64,000 bases of DNA from contig CAWDXG010000004.1 of assembly GCA_963806225.1 (NCBI GenBank), forward strand, positions 2,880,001-2,944,000, in the 5' to 3' direction. How positions within the stretch are numbered: the stretch's first letter is position 1; each line of letters starts with the position of its first letter. This document shows, piece by piece, positions 1-9,772 of this stretch. The notes under the pieces are model-generated. The model was not told the DNA's origin. It saw only the letters and a program-made list of their open reading frames with translations, and did not search any database. Both the position numbers and the translations under genes were made by a program. The DNA is from an uncultured delta proteobacterium (GTDB lineage Bacteria; Myxococcota_A; Polyangia; Polyangiales; Polyangiaceae).

Positions 1-473
1 TCCTTGCCGCCGGCGCTGATCGGGATCTCGGCGTTGGCGGAGTACAGCGTTGCGGTGTTGCCCTTCCTCTCCAGCCCGGCGTTGGCGGCGCTGACGATGG
101 CCGTCGCCTTTCCAAGCTGGATCTTCGTATGGGCGCTGGTCGCGCCCAGCACGAAGATGCGGCCGCTGTCGAGAGACAGCCCGTGCTCGGTCACGCTCAG
201 CTTGGTCTTCTGGTCGATCACGGCGCTGGTGCCGTCGTCCAGGCGTACGCGCGCGCGCCCTTCGCCGTCCGTTACGACGGCGTCGCCGACGGACAGCCGC
301 GTGACGCCGACGCGCGCCTTCCCCTTCACCGCGACTCCGCTGTGCACGGTCTCCAGGTCGGCAACCGTGGGCGGGAGCGTGCGCACCGGGTGCTGCACGA
401 GCTTCCACACGCCGGCCGCGAACAGCAGCGTGATCGCCAGGATCAGCAGCAGCTGCTTCCACGCCCTAGCCAC
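1..473 (-). CDS. FecR-domain membrane/secreted protein (N-terminal part; continues past window start)
   Basis: Manual translation from GTG 473: MARAWKQLLLILAITLLFAAGVW...VGDAVVTDGEGRARVRLDDGTSAVIDQKTKL...LDSGRIFV, a FecR-like pattern; start overlaps the end of the upstream gene; resembles the N-terminus of the neighbouring large gene. Absent from the ORF track because it has no stop in the window. Confidence 0.75.
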   Translation of the reverse strand, partial: MARAWKQLLLILAITLLFAAGVWKLVQHPVRTLPPTVADLETVHSGVAVKGKARVGVTRLSVGDAVVTDGEGRARVRLDDGTSAVIDQKTKLSVTEHGLSLDSGRIFVLGATSAHTKIQLGKATAIVSAANAGLERKGNTATLYSANAEIPISAGGK

Positions 474-3400
474 GGATCACCTCGCCGTCGCCGATGTCGA
501 ACTTCAGCGTCGACGGCCCGCCGCGTTCGAATTTCACCGGGAGCTTGACGATCTTCTCGTGCTTGCCCAGCTCGTCGAACACGACCGTGAGCACGGCTTG
601 TGCGCCGAGGCGCGCCGTGCGCGCGAGCTCCTCCGGATCGAGCCTGACTTCTACCTGGATGCCGGCCCGGCGCGGAACCCGGACCTGCGCGATGCCCTGG
701 GCCACGTCGCCTTCCGGCGCGGGCATGTCGGAGCCGAGTGCGTTGCTCCACAGCGTCGGGTGCAGCTCCGGGTGCGCCCACGTCAGCGACACGCGGACGC
801 TGATATGGGCGCTGCCCTTCGTGCGTTGGTCGGAGAGCACGCGCGTCGCGCGAGCGACGAGCGCGGCGAGCTCCTTGTCGTTCTTCGACTGTCGCGCCGC
901 GAGCCGACCCCAGGCGAGGTAGGTCGCCGCCAGCGCACGCGCCACGCCTGCCGGCCCGCGATCGGGCCCCGCCGCCGGAGCGCCGCCGCCTTCGGCCTTC
1001 TCCAGCCAGCGCACCGCCGCTTCCAGCTGTCCCTGACCCTGTGCCGCGGCGGCGAACAGCAGCGTCACCGACGCGTCGTCGGGCGCGAGCTCGGCGAGCG
1101 TCTCGTACTGGCGCTGGGCCTCGGCGTACCAGCCGTGGGCGCGGAGCAGGTCCCCGAGCCGCCGGCGTGCCACTGGATCCTCCGGTGCGAACTCCACGAT
1201 CTCGCCGAACGCGCGGCGCCCGGCAGCGAGATCCGACTTCTTGTCAGCGGGCGACTTGTCCGTCGCCGAGAGCCGCAGATAAAGCTCCCCGATCTCCGTG
1301 CGCACGTGGGCGTCGATGTCTGGCCGCGCGCGCAGGTGCTCGGCGAGATCGCGAGCTCCACCGCGATCGCCCGCATCCTCCAGCGCGTCGAGCAGTGCCA
1401 GGGCGACGTCGAAGTCGTCGGGCCACTCCTGGACGAGGGCGCGCATCTTCGCGACGCGGGCCTCCGGCGTCTTCGCATCGCGCAGGTATTTGGCAAGCAG
1501 CTGCGGGTCGAGCGACTTCAGGCCCAGCGCCTGGTGCAGCTCCCGCATCTGGGCGGGCGTCTTCACGCGCGCTACCAGGCCGCGATAGAGCGTGTCCGCT
1601 TCCGCACGATCGTCGAACATCGAGCGCCACAGCGCCACGCGTTTGCTCGTGCTGGGCAAGGCGTCGAGCATGAGCGACAGGAGGCGGCGGCGCTCCGCCC
1701 AGGTCGGCGCCTCGCACGCGCCAAGAGCGTGGCGGTATACGTCTCTCACGACCGCGGGATCCCCTCCCGCGCGCGCCAGACGCTCGCGCCACAGCCCGAT
1801 GCGCTCGACCAGCGGAATGTTCGCCCCGGGACCGCAGCGCTGGACCCAGCGGGGCAGCACGTCGATGCGGACCAGCGGGCTCGGCTTGGGGGACGCGGGC
1901 TTGTCGTGCTCGGCCGCGTAGTCGCCCGGTGAGAATTTGATCGGATAGACGACCGTGACGATCCCGTCCGGCGGCGGTGGAAAGCTCAGGCCGTTGTAGG
2001 CGCGCACCACGCAGCCGACCACGCCGGAATCCGGAAGGTCGGAGCCGCCGTTGCCGACGTGCGAGACGCTCCCGTCGCGCCCAATCACGAACCTCACAGC
2101 CACCTTCCCCTCGAGGTTCGGGTTCTTCTCGAGCCCCTGCTGGTAGCACATGCGGAAGCGACCGTAGTTCTGGCGGACGATGCGCTGGATCACCTCCGCC
2201 GGGAGCTTGCCGCTGACCGTGGTCGCGCCCATGCGCAGGCGCGGCGGCTGCGTCTTCTCGTCGCCCCCCACCCGTCCATGCCCGCTGCCGAAGCCCTGAC
2301 CCGTGCCGGTGCCATGGCCCTGCGTGCCGATGTTTCCCAGCCCGATGCCGTCGCCGCGACCGCCGCCGCCTGGGCCGATGCCGGATAGCCCGAGGCCGCC
2401 GGCACCGAACGCACCGCCGACGTCGTGGCCCCAGGCGTTGCGGTCCGCGGTCGCCGTCGGTTCCGGAGCGGGCGCAGACTGCGCCGTGGCTTTCGGGATC
2501 GTAACGTCGTTTTGCGCCGCGCTCGGCTTGCCGGTAGTCTCGCTGTCCAACGAGCCGATCATCCCGAACTGCTGCGCTTCGTGCAGCGCCGCCGCGCGCG
2601 ACTTCGTACCTTTCGGGCCCTGCACCGCGTAGCGATGGTTCGCGCTCTTCTTCGCGGCGATGCCCATGGAGCCTTCCTCGCCCTTCGCGCGCGTCCCCGT
2701 ACCGCCCTGCTTGTCCTCGGCGGGCGCGGCGGCCACCTCCTCGGTTTCCTTGTCCTCGGCGCGACGCCGCTCCGCTTCGCGCGCTGCACGCAAGCGCGAG
2801 TCCTCCTGCTCCAGCTCGCGGCGCGTCGGCACGTACAGCGACGTGACGGGCGTGATGATGCCGTAGCGCGTGCCGAGGTCGACCATCGCCGCGCGCCCGG
2901 CGCCGCTTCGCAAGAGCTCGCCGAGCCGCGCGCCCGCCCAGCGCCGGCGCAGATCGCCGTGGTCGTCGAGATCGGCGCGGTCGAGCTGTACGGACTTCTT
3001 TCCGGCCGGCCCTTGAAGCACCAGGTGGTCCGGCGAGCTCCCCTTTACGCGTCCCACGACCAGCACGGTCTCGTCGGCGACCAGCGCGTCGGGATCACGC
3101 GGATACACACGCTCCACGTTCTGCCCGAGGTCGACGGCCGTGCCGAGCAGCGCCGGGCGCTCGGCTTGCTCGAACACGGACAGCGACGCGCGCGCTGCGG
3201 CGTAGCCGCTGTCCACGCGCCGCGCGAAACCGCCGGCAGCGAGCCCCGACAGCACGCTCATGTCCGGGCTCGCGCCCACGCCCAGGGCGAACAGCCGCAC
3301 CGGGTGGGGGAGCTTCGCCAGCCGCTTCTTCAGCGCTTCCAGCGACAGCTCGCCCACGGTAGCGTGACCGTCGCCAACGTAGATGACCGCGCTGCGGCGC

Positions 3401-5094
3401 TTCGGATCGAGCGACGCCGCGGCTTCTGTGAGCATCGTGCCGAGATCCGTCGCGCCGCCGCGGTCGAGCGTCGCCAGCGACGCCAGCACGCGACGCTTGG
3501 CTGGGTCGTCCAGGGACGCCAGCTTGTTCATGTCCGGCACGACGGGCCGCAGCTCTTCCGCGCCGGCCCAGACAACCACCCGATCATCCTTGGACAGATG
3601 GGCCAACAGGGAGCCCGTGGCTGCGCGCGCCAGCGCCATCGACGCCGGCTCGTTCGCCGCCGACGCGTCCACCACGATTGCCAGATCGAGCCCGCCGCGG
3701 GGCAGCGGCACGTCGCGCGCGCGCACCGGCACCAGCACGTAGTCGGACTCGCCCAGCGACTTTTCCACCGCGTCCGCGCGCTCGTCCGGCGGCAGCACCT
3801 CCAGGTCCGGCTGGTGCTTGGCACGATACGCAGTCGGGTTCTTCTTTCCGCCGTCGAACAGCTCCACCGCCAGATCGGCGCGCGGCACGAAGTCCTGCTT
3901 CTTGACGACGATGGTGTTGCCCTCGCGCACGCCGTCCATGCCCACGCGGATCTCGCTGGCGCGGGCGCGCCCCACGTCGATGGTCGCCGTCAGCTCCTCG
4001 ATGTGCGGCAGGGACGCTTCCGAGCCCTCCGCCGCCATCGGGTACACGTACTCGCGCCGCTCGCCCTTCGGCCCCGTACGCCCGAGCCACTGGGTGTAGC
4101 GCACCACTACGCGACGCGTCTCGCCAGGCCCGATGGGATACAGCCGCGCCGCGTACTCGCCAGGGCCCTGCCATTCGAGCAGCGCGGGATCCTCGGTCGA
4201 CCCCTGGTACACGTTCGACTGGTACTGCGTCGCCGCGGCCTGCTTCTCCTTCACGCGGCCCCACGCCAGCTTTCCGTCGCGATCCACGCCGAAGCGCGAC
4301 AGGCTGGCATCCGACGGCGTGCGGAAGCGGTAGATACCCTCGACCTTGTTCGAGCTCGAGTTGAAGAAGCGCTCGTCCACCTCCGTGAGTGCGAACTCGC
4401 CGTCGATCGTGACATGCACGTCGAGATGCTGGATTGCCAAGGGGAAACGCGCCTTGCCGGTGCTGCCCGGCTCGCGCCCGCCGACGGTGCCTACGCCGAA
4501 GGGCGCCGGCTCCGCCACGCGATCGGTGATGGCCAGCCCGCCGGTCCAGTCCTCCCAAACCAGCTCCGGCGCGACCTTCGTCCTGGCGCCCTTGGCCAGG
4601 GTCAAGAGCTCGCCGGCGCGAGCCCGCGTCTCGTCGCCCGCGCGCACCTCTCCGGCGAGCACGTACGCGCTCGTCGCGCCGCCCTTCGTCACGTCGATGC
4701 TCGAGCGCACCTTGGACAGGTGCAGCGGCCCGGCCAGCGTCACCAGCTCCGTCTTGCGCGGCGCATCCACGAACACACGCCCGCTGTCGAGCTCCACCGA
4801 GCCGGAATACAGCTTCAGGCTCGCCGGGCCGCGCACGAGCAGCGTGGCGCCGCCGTCGCGCCGGAGCCACGCCAGCCCGTCGGCGTCCAGCCGCACCGCT
4901 TCGCCGTCCACGAGCCGCTCATGCAGGTACGGCGCGCGCTCCTTGCCGCCCGGCAGCGTCACGTGCACCCCGTGCCGCACCACGCGCAGCTCCGCCCAGG
5001 TCTTGCTCTTCGGCGCCAGCTTCCGTTCGTGCTGGCCACACGCCGCCACCGGCAGAACAAGCGCCGCCAAAACGCCCCAATCGACGATCTTCAT
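466..5094 (-). CDS. Large lipoprotein: FecR-like + VIT + vWA + Gly-rich linker + AgmX/PglI (TonB-C-like) domain + TPR region
   Basis: ORF 466..5316; likely start MKIVDWGVLAALVLPVAAC (lipobox) at 5094. VIT-like (ALTEVDERFFN...EGIYRF...DPALLEW), vWA (LAIVVDAS, GGATDLG, IYVGDG), AgmX/PglI-like (VIQRIVRQNYGRFRMCYQQGLEKNPNLEGKVAVRFVIG), C-terminal TPR-like helices. Confidence 0.85.
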   Translation of the reverse strand: MKIVDWGVLAALVLPVAACGQHERKLAPKSKTWAELRVVRHGVHVTLPGGKERAPYLHERLVDGEAVRLDADGLAWLRRDGGATLLVRGPASLKLYSGSVELDSGRVFVDAPRKTELVTLAGPLHLSKVRSSIDVTKGGATSAYVLAGEVRAGDETRARAGELLTLAKGARTKVAPELVWEDWTGGLAITDRVAEPAPFGVGTVGGREPGSTGKARFPLAIQHLDVHVTIDGEFALTEVDERFFNSSSNKVEGIYRFRTPSDASLSRFGVDRDGKLAWGRVKEKQAAATQYQSNVYQGSTEDPALLEWQGPGEYAARLYPIGPGETRRVVVRYTQWLGRTGPKGERREYVYPMAAEGSEASLPHIEELTATIDVGRARASEIRVGMDGVREGNTIVVKKQDFVPRADLAVELFDGGKKNPTAYRAKHQPDLEVLPPDERADAVEKSLGESDYVLVPVRARDVPLPRGGLDLAIVVDASAANEPASMALARAATGSLLAHLSKDDRVVVWAGAEELRPVVPDMNKLASLDDPAKRRVLASLATLDRGGATDLGTMLTEAAASLDPKRRSAVIYVGDGHATVGELSLEALKKRLAKLPHPVRLFALGVGASPDMSVLSGLAAGGFARRVDSGYAAARASLSVFEQAERPALLGTAVDLGQNVERVYPRDPDALVADETVLVVGRVKGSSPDHLVLQGPAGKKSVQLDRADLDDHGDLRRRWAGARLGELLRSGAGRAAMVDLGTRYGIITPVTSLYVPTRRELEQEDSRLRAAREAERRRAEDKETEEVAAAPAEDKQGGTGTRAKGEEGSMGIAAKKSANHRYAVQGPKGTKSRAAALHEAQQFGMIGSLDSETTGKPSAAQNDVTIPKATAQSAPAPEPTATADRNAWGHDVGGAFGAGGLGLSGIGPGGGGRGDGIGLGNIGTQGHGTGTGQGFGSGHGRVGGDEKTQPPRLRMGATTVSGKLPAEVIQRIVRQNYGRFRMCYQQGLEKNPNLEGKVAVRFVIGRDGSVSHVGNGGSDLPDSGVVGCVVRAYNGLSFPPPPDGIVTVVYPIKFSPGDYAAEHDKPASPKPSPLVRIDVLPRWVQRCGPGANIPLVERIGLWRERLARAGGDPAVVRDVYRHALGACEAPTWAERRRLLSLMLDALPSTSKRVALWRSMFDDRAEADTLYRGLVARVKTPAQMRELHQALGLKSLDPQLLAKYLRDAKTPEARVAKMRALVQEWPDDFDVALALLDALEDAGDRGGARDLAEHLRARPDIDAHVRTEIGELYLRLSATDKSPADKKSDLAAGRRAFGEIVEFAPEDPVARRRLGDLLRAHGWYAEAQRQYETLAELAPDDASVTLLFAAAAQGQGQLEAAVRWLEKAEGGGAPAAGPDRGPAGVARALAATYLAWGRLAARQSKNDKELAALVARATRVLSDQRTKGSAHISVRVSLTWAHPELHPTLWSNALGSDMPAPEGDVAQGIAQVRVPRRAGIQVEVRLDPEELARTARLGAQAVLTVVFDELGKHEKIVKLPVKFERGGPSTLKFDIGDGEVIRG

Positions 5095-5435
5095 CGGTTC
5101 TACCGACCCCCTTCGAGCAGGGAAGTTCCGTACCGCCGCGAAAACGCGACGTAAACCACGTCGCTCGAGCCCCGTGGATAGCTGGGGAAGTCCGGGGATT
5201 TGGTTGTCGGGCCAGCGCAGAAGGACCTTGTCCATGCCGATCGAGGAGCACTGCGCGCCGGCGCACCGAACGCACGGGTGAGGCCCGGACCAATGCGCGC
5301 GCCGAAAACGCCACACCTTCGTGGTGGTGTAGTGGTGCTTTCCTGGCCGCTCGTGGCCTTAAGTCTGGGGGCTGCCGGCCGTACTGGGGTTTGTCGGACT
5401 CGGGAACCGCATCGAGCGCCGAACCGCGTGACCCA

Positions 5436-5820
5436 ATGACCAAAGCCAGGCTCCTCTTCGTGGACGACGACCCGTCGATTCTCCGGGCGCTGACGCGGCG
5501 GTTTCGTTCGCTGCGACAGTGGGAGGTCGTAACCGCGCCCAGTGCTCCGGCGGCGCTCGAGCTGCTCGAGGAGCAAGCGTTCGAACGTCGTCGTGACGGA
5601 CATGCGGATGCCCGGCATGGACGGGCTCACCCTGCTCGGCCGTGTGCGAGCGCTGCAGCCGCACGCCCTCAGGATCATCCTCTCCGGTCAGATGACGCCC
5701 GCGAGCGATACGGCCCTGGACGTCGCACATCACCTCCTCAACAAGCCGTACAACTTCGAGGAGATTCTCGCCCTCATCGCGCACCGCCGTGAAGGTGCGA
5801 CCCGGTTGGAGGCGTCATGA
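5436..5820 (+). CDS. Single-domain response regulator (REC), split by a +1 frameshift near 5585
   Basis: MTKARLLFVDDDPSIL...EQAF in one frame continues as VVVTDMRMPGMDG...ILSG...KPY in the next; removing one A at 5584-5585 restores F-D-VVVTD. Confidence 0.8.
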
Positions 5821-6242
5821 CGACGCTAGCCCGGCCTCCCCCCGACGCGGAGCTGCTCGCGCGGATGCGGATCGAAACCAACGCCCAGATCCTGTGGCTG
5901 GGCGACGACTGGATTCTCCACTCGCGCGCCATACCTGGAGCGGAGATGCAACTCGCCGACGCCCAGGAGATGATCCACAAGCTCATCGCCGCTTCCGGGG
6001 GGATCCGTCGCCCGGGCTGCATCGACCTCACGGGCCTCAAGTCGATATCCCGTGACGCGAGGAACTACTACGCCGGACCGGAGCCCGCCGTCGTCGAGTG
6101 CGCGGTGGCACTCGTCGTCCGGTCTCCGATGGCGAGGGCCATCGGCAACTTCTTCCTGGGTCTCAACGCGACCACAGTTCCGGCGCGCCTCTTCACGTCG
6201 GAGCCGCCGGCCCTCGAGTGGCTCCGGCAATACGTGCCATGA
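5817..6242 (+). CDS. Small STAS/SEC14-like protein
   Basis: 141-aa ORF with ATGA overlaps on both sides; IDLTGLKSISRDARNYY...ALVVRSPMARAIGNFFLG...RLFTSEPPALEWL pattern. Confidence 0.7.
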   Translation: MTTLARPPPDAELLARMRIETNAQILWLGDDWILHSRAIPGAEMQLADAQEMIHKLIAASGGIRRPGCIDLTGLKSISRDARNYYAGPEPAVVECAVALVVRSPMARAIGNFFLGLNATTVPARLFTSEPPALEWLRQYVP

Positions 6243-7723
6243 CGCTCCGCCCTCTGATATCGGCAGCACGTGACCTCCCGGCGTCGAGCCTTGCTCCGGC
6301 CGAGCCGGTGGAACGCCTCGAGGAGATCGCCGAGGGGCTCTACCGGATCGCAGCACTGGACTTCGAGCATCCGATCGAGTGCCGCGGCGACGAAACCGTG
6401 ATCGACGGCGTGGTCGGATCCATCAACATGCTCGCCGAAGAGCTGCAATCCCACCTCGACGCACAGGCCCGCGCCGCGCGGGAGCTCGAGGCAAGCATGG
6501 AACGGTATCGAACGCTCGTCGAGAGCACGAACGTCGTTCCGTGGGAGGCCGACGCGAGCTTGACCGTCTCCTACATCGCGCCCCAGGTGGCGGTGATGTT
6601 CGGAGCTCCGGCGAGCAACTTTGTCGGGAACACGTCGCTCTGGGAGTGCACGCACCCGAGTGATCGCGCACGAGTCCGGTCGTCGCTGACCGCTCTGGCC
6701 GCGAGCCGCGAGGAGCAGGCCGACCTCGACTATCGAATCGTTTGCGGGGGCGGGCGTACGCTCGACGTCCGGAGCATCGTGTCGGTGCAGCGCGGCAGCG
6801 ACGCGACGTCGACGATCCTGCGCGGCGTGACCATCGACATGACGATGATGAGACGGCTCGAGAGCGCGCTCCAGCAGGCGCGCAGGCTGGAAGCCGTAGG
6901 ACTTCTGGCCGCGGGCATCGCGCATGAGCTCAACACGCCCATCCAGTTCGTTGGCGACAACCTCGCGTTCCTGGGCGAATCGCTCGGCGCGATGTACCAG
7001 CTGCACGAACGCACATCCTCGTTGCTCACGCTAGAGCAGGCAGAGCAGGCCCGGCGCTTCGAGGAAGAGGCGGACTACGCATATCTGTCCGAGCAGTTCC
7101 CGAAGGCGATCTCGGAGTCGGCGGACGGAATCGCGCACGTCGCCGAGATCGTGCGCGCGATGAAGACCTTCGCGCATCGGGAGCGCTCTGGTGAGCAGGC
7201 GTCCGTGGATCTGGACCGTGCGCTCAAGGCCTTGGTCGTTGTCGCCAGGAGCGAGACCAGAGATGTCGCCGACGTCGTCCTCGAGCTCGCCGATATCCCA
7301 GAGGTCATGGCGTTCGGCGGCGAGCTCAACGGGGTCTTCCTCAACCTCATCGTCAACGCGGCACACGCGATCGCCGACGTTGTCGGGCAGAGCGGCGAGC
7401 GCGGCACGATCCACATCCGCGCCGCGCGCGACGAAGACGACGTCATGATCGCGATCGAGGACACCGGCGGCGGGATCCCCGACGCGATTCGCGAGCACGT
7501 TTTCGAACCGTTCTTCACGACCAAGGAGGTTGGCAAAGGCACCGGCCAGGGGCTGGCCCTCGCTCGCGCCGTCGTCGTCGACAGGCACGGCGGCTCGCTC
7601 ACGTTCGTGACCGAGGCCGGACGCGGCACGACGTTCCTCGTACGCATCCCCATCGCCGGACGCACGCCGGCAACTGCGGCTGACCATTCGTCGAGCGTGC
7701 CAGAGGGGCCGCCTCCGAACTGA
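6239..7723 (+). CDS. PAS-domain sensor histidine kinase
   Basis: PAS (YRTLVES...HPSDR), H-box LAAGIAHELNTPIQF, N-box NLIVNAAHA, G1 DTGGGI, F-box FEPFFTTK, G2 GTGQGL. Confidence 0.92.
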   Translation: MTLRPLISAARDLPASSLAPAEPVERLEEIAEGLYRIAALDFEHPIECRGDETVIDGVVGSINMLAEELQSHLDAQARAARELEASMERYRTLVESTNVVPWEADASLTVSYIAPQVAVMFGAPASNFVGNTSLWECTHPSDRARVRSSLTALAASREEQADLDYRIVCGGGRTLDVRSIVSVQRGSDATSTILRGVTIDMTMMRRLESALQQARRLEAVGLLAAGIAHELNTPIQFVGDNLAFLGESLGAMYQLHERTSSLLTLEQAEQARRFEEEADYAYLSEQFPKAISESADGIAHVAEIVRAMKTFAHRERSGEQASVDLDRALKALVVVARSETRDVADVVLELADIPEVMAFGGELNGVFLNLIVNAAHAIADVVGQSGERGTIHIRAARDEDDVMIAIEDTGGGIPDAIREHVFEPFFTTKEVGKGTGQGLALARAVVVDRHGGSLTFVTEAGRGTTFLVRIPIAGRTPATAADHSSSVPEGPPPN

Positions 7724-7931
7724 GGCGCGTACGGAACCATCGCCGCTTCGCGTGCGTCGACGGCCTCCTCCTGGAGCGAGGCACCTGATGCCGAGGTCAC
7801 TCCAACGACGAACGCTCGGCAGGCGCCCAAGCCGCGCCATGCTCGACGTGCTGGGCGCGGCGCGTAGCTAGGACAAGCTGAATCTCGACCCCATCGCGGA
7901 GAGGCGCGTCATCTCCGGGCTCGGCCAGCCG

Positions 7932-9668
7932 TCACGAACCCAGGCCAATGAAGTAGGTAGGCACGTCGCCATCCGCCTTCGTGAGCTCCAGACCCTCGAA
8001 GAACTGATGGTCGCCCAGCGTGCGGCCGTCGCGCTGGGCGCGGGCCACCCCTTCGGAGAGAGCGGCGAGGAGTTCCCGGGTGGTGAAGCTCTCGCCGTTC
8101 GGCGCCTTCAAGGTGAGCTTCACCGTGACCCGGTCCTCGGCCTTGGGATCCCACAGGTCGAACAGGACGTTCACCTCGGGCGCGACGAGAACGACGTCTG
8201 CCGGTAGCTTGCGAAGCTCGCGCGCCCCGGCGCGCTTCGCCGGCTTTTCTCCCTGCGGGACCGGGAACGTCCACTTTACCTCGCGAAGCAGGCGCGCTGG
8301 AAAGTCCCTCGTGGCAGAGAATGCCTTCACGGCGACGCACACCGCGGTGCGATCGTCGTCGGCCCCGTCGAGGGTGAGCAGCCGCGCCGCCATTCTTCCG
8401 AGGCTAGCGTCATCCGGGTCGAACCCAGCGCCAGAGCCGTGCAGTGCGACTTCGCCCATCCTCTCTTCGGTCGGCAGGTGCACGCCGTCCGAGCACAGGA
8501 TCCAGGCGTCGCCCTCCTTCACCTCGACCCGGTTCTGTTTCACCAGCACTTCGCCGCTTCCCACCACGCGCGCCTGTTCGCGCCGCCGCTCGAGCGCTTT
8601 CTCGAAGTCGAGGTCGGAAACGGGGTCCCACTCGCCGGGAGCTTCAGACCAGGCGTTCGGCGTCAAGAGCTCGACAGCCCCGGAGCTCAGGGCGTATGCG
8701 TGGGAAAACCCGACTTGCGCAGCGTGCGCGGTCGAGCCGCGGATCAGCAGGGCGACCACGGTGGCGAACGTCCCAACCAACGCGGGCTCCGCTTCGATGC
8801 GGGCGCAGAGCTCCCGATCGGCAGCTTCGATGCCCTGGAGGAGCGCCGTCGAGGGGTCGGCGGTGGGCGCTTCCACCGCGCGGCGGACGTGCTCGACCAC
8901 CAGCTCCGCGGCCAACGGGTCTTTGCCAGCGTCGGCCACGACGAACAGGCCGCGGTCCACGTCGACGTGGAAGCGATCCTCGTTTCGGCTGCGCGCTTCG
9001 CCCATGCGCGAAGCGCCGGCGGCGGCGATGACCCAGTCCTCGTCGAAGCCGTCGGCGAGCTGTTCGGCGATCAGCGCTTCGGCTGCGGCTCGGCATTCTT
9101 CGTTTCCCGCGAACGACTTGCTGCGCTCGACGACCTCCGGATCGTCGGGGAACAGCATGGTGAGCCGGAGCTCCGACCCATCGGGATCGACGGCCCAGAT
9201 GCGCCCATCGGGATGACGAAACCTGCGGCGGTTCTTGCCCCGGCGCGGCGGGGTCGTCGGAGCCGGCTCGAACACGGGCCGCAGCTCGCAGGAAAAGGCG
9301 CCCGCCTGCGACCAGCCTCGGCCGATGTTCCACACCAGCTGCTCGGCCGTCGGCGGAGGATCGTCGTGGCCGGAATGGAACAGGAACCAGCGAGTGATCT
9401 CTTCCACCATCTGCGCGAGGGTGGTGCGGTCGTACCCGTCGATCTCCCCTTCGCTCGCAGCTACGGTGAGCTCGCGGCGGTCGCGGTATACCACCCGGAC
9501 GCCGGCCAGCTGCTGCCCCTCCGGCGCCCGGTAGGCGCCGTCGGAGTCGCGCATCAGCGCCACCAGCAACCGGACGAGGTCATCCCCTTCGACGGGGGCA
9601 GCGCCGCGTGCCGCACGCCCGTCTCGAAAGCGTTCGTAGCCCTGGGCTGCGATGTCCGGCGGTCTCAT
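7932..9668 (-). CDS. Multidomain protein: unknown N-terminus, WGR-like domain, PP2C-like phosphatase domain, unknown C-terminal domain
   Basis: 578-aa ORF; WGR-like (IWAVDPDGSELRL...KSFAGNEECRAAAEALIAEQLADGF); PP2C motifs RSRNEDRF, LFVVAD, ILCSDGV, GADDDRTAVCV. Confidence 0.7.
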   Translation of the reverse strand: MRPPDIAAQGYERFRDGRAARGAAPVEGDDLVRLLVALMRDSDGAYRAPEGQQLAGVRVVYRDRRELTVAASEGEIDGYDRTTLAQMVEEITRWFLFHSGHDDPPPTAEQLVWNIGRGWSQAGAFSCELRPVFEPAPTTPPRRGKNRRRFRHPDGRIWAVDPDGSELRLTMLFPDDPEVVERSKSFAGNEECRAAAEALIAEQLADGFDEDWVIAAAGASRMGEARSRNEDRFHVDVDRGLFVVADAGKDPLAAELVVEHVRRAVEAPTADPSTALLQGIEAADRELCARIEAEPALVGTFATVVALLIRGSTAHAAQVGFSHAYALSSGAVELLTPNAWSEAPGEWDPVSDLDFEKALERRREQARVVGSGEVLVKQNRVEVKEGDAWILCSDGVHLPTEERMGEVALHGSGAGFDPDDASLGRMAARLLTLDGADDDRTAVCVAVKAFSATRDFPARLLREVKWTFPVPQGEKPAKRAGARELRKLPADVVLVAPEVNVLFDLWDPKAEDRVTVKLTLKAPNGESFTTRELLAALSEGVARAQRDGRTLGDHQFFEGLELTKADGDVPTYFIGLGS

Positions 9669-9772
9669 CGCGCCGGGAGACTAGCACGCAGCAAGATACT
9701 CTCGGCGCGTCCTGCTTGCCGCGCACGCTGACCAGACCGTCTTGCTCGTCGAGCTCCTGGACGGCAAGGACT

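Noticed and set aside
4..5154. Long plus-strand ORFs 4..1932 and 2425..5154
   Set aside because: Antisense shadows of the minus-strand genes, common in high-GC DNA; no motifs.
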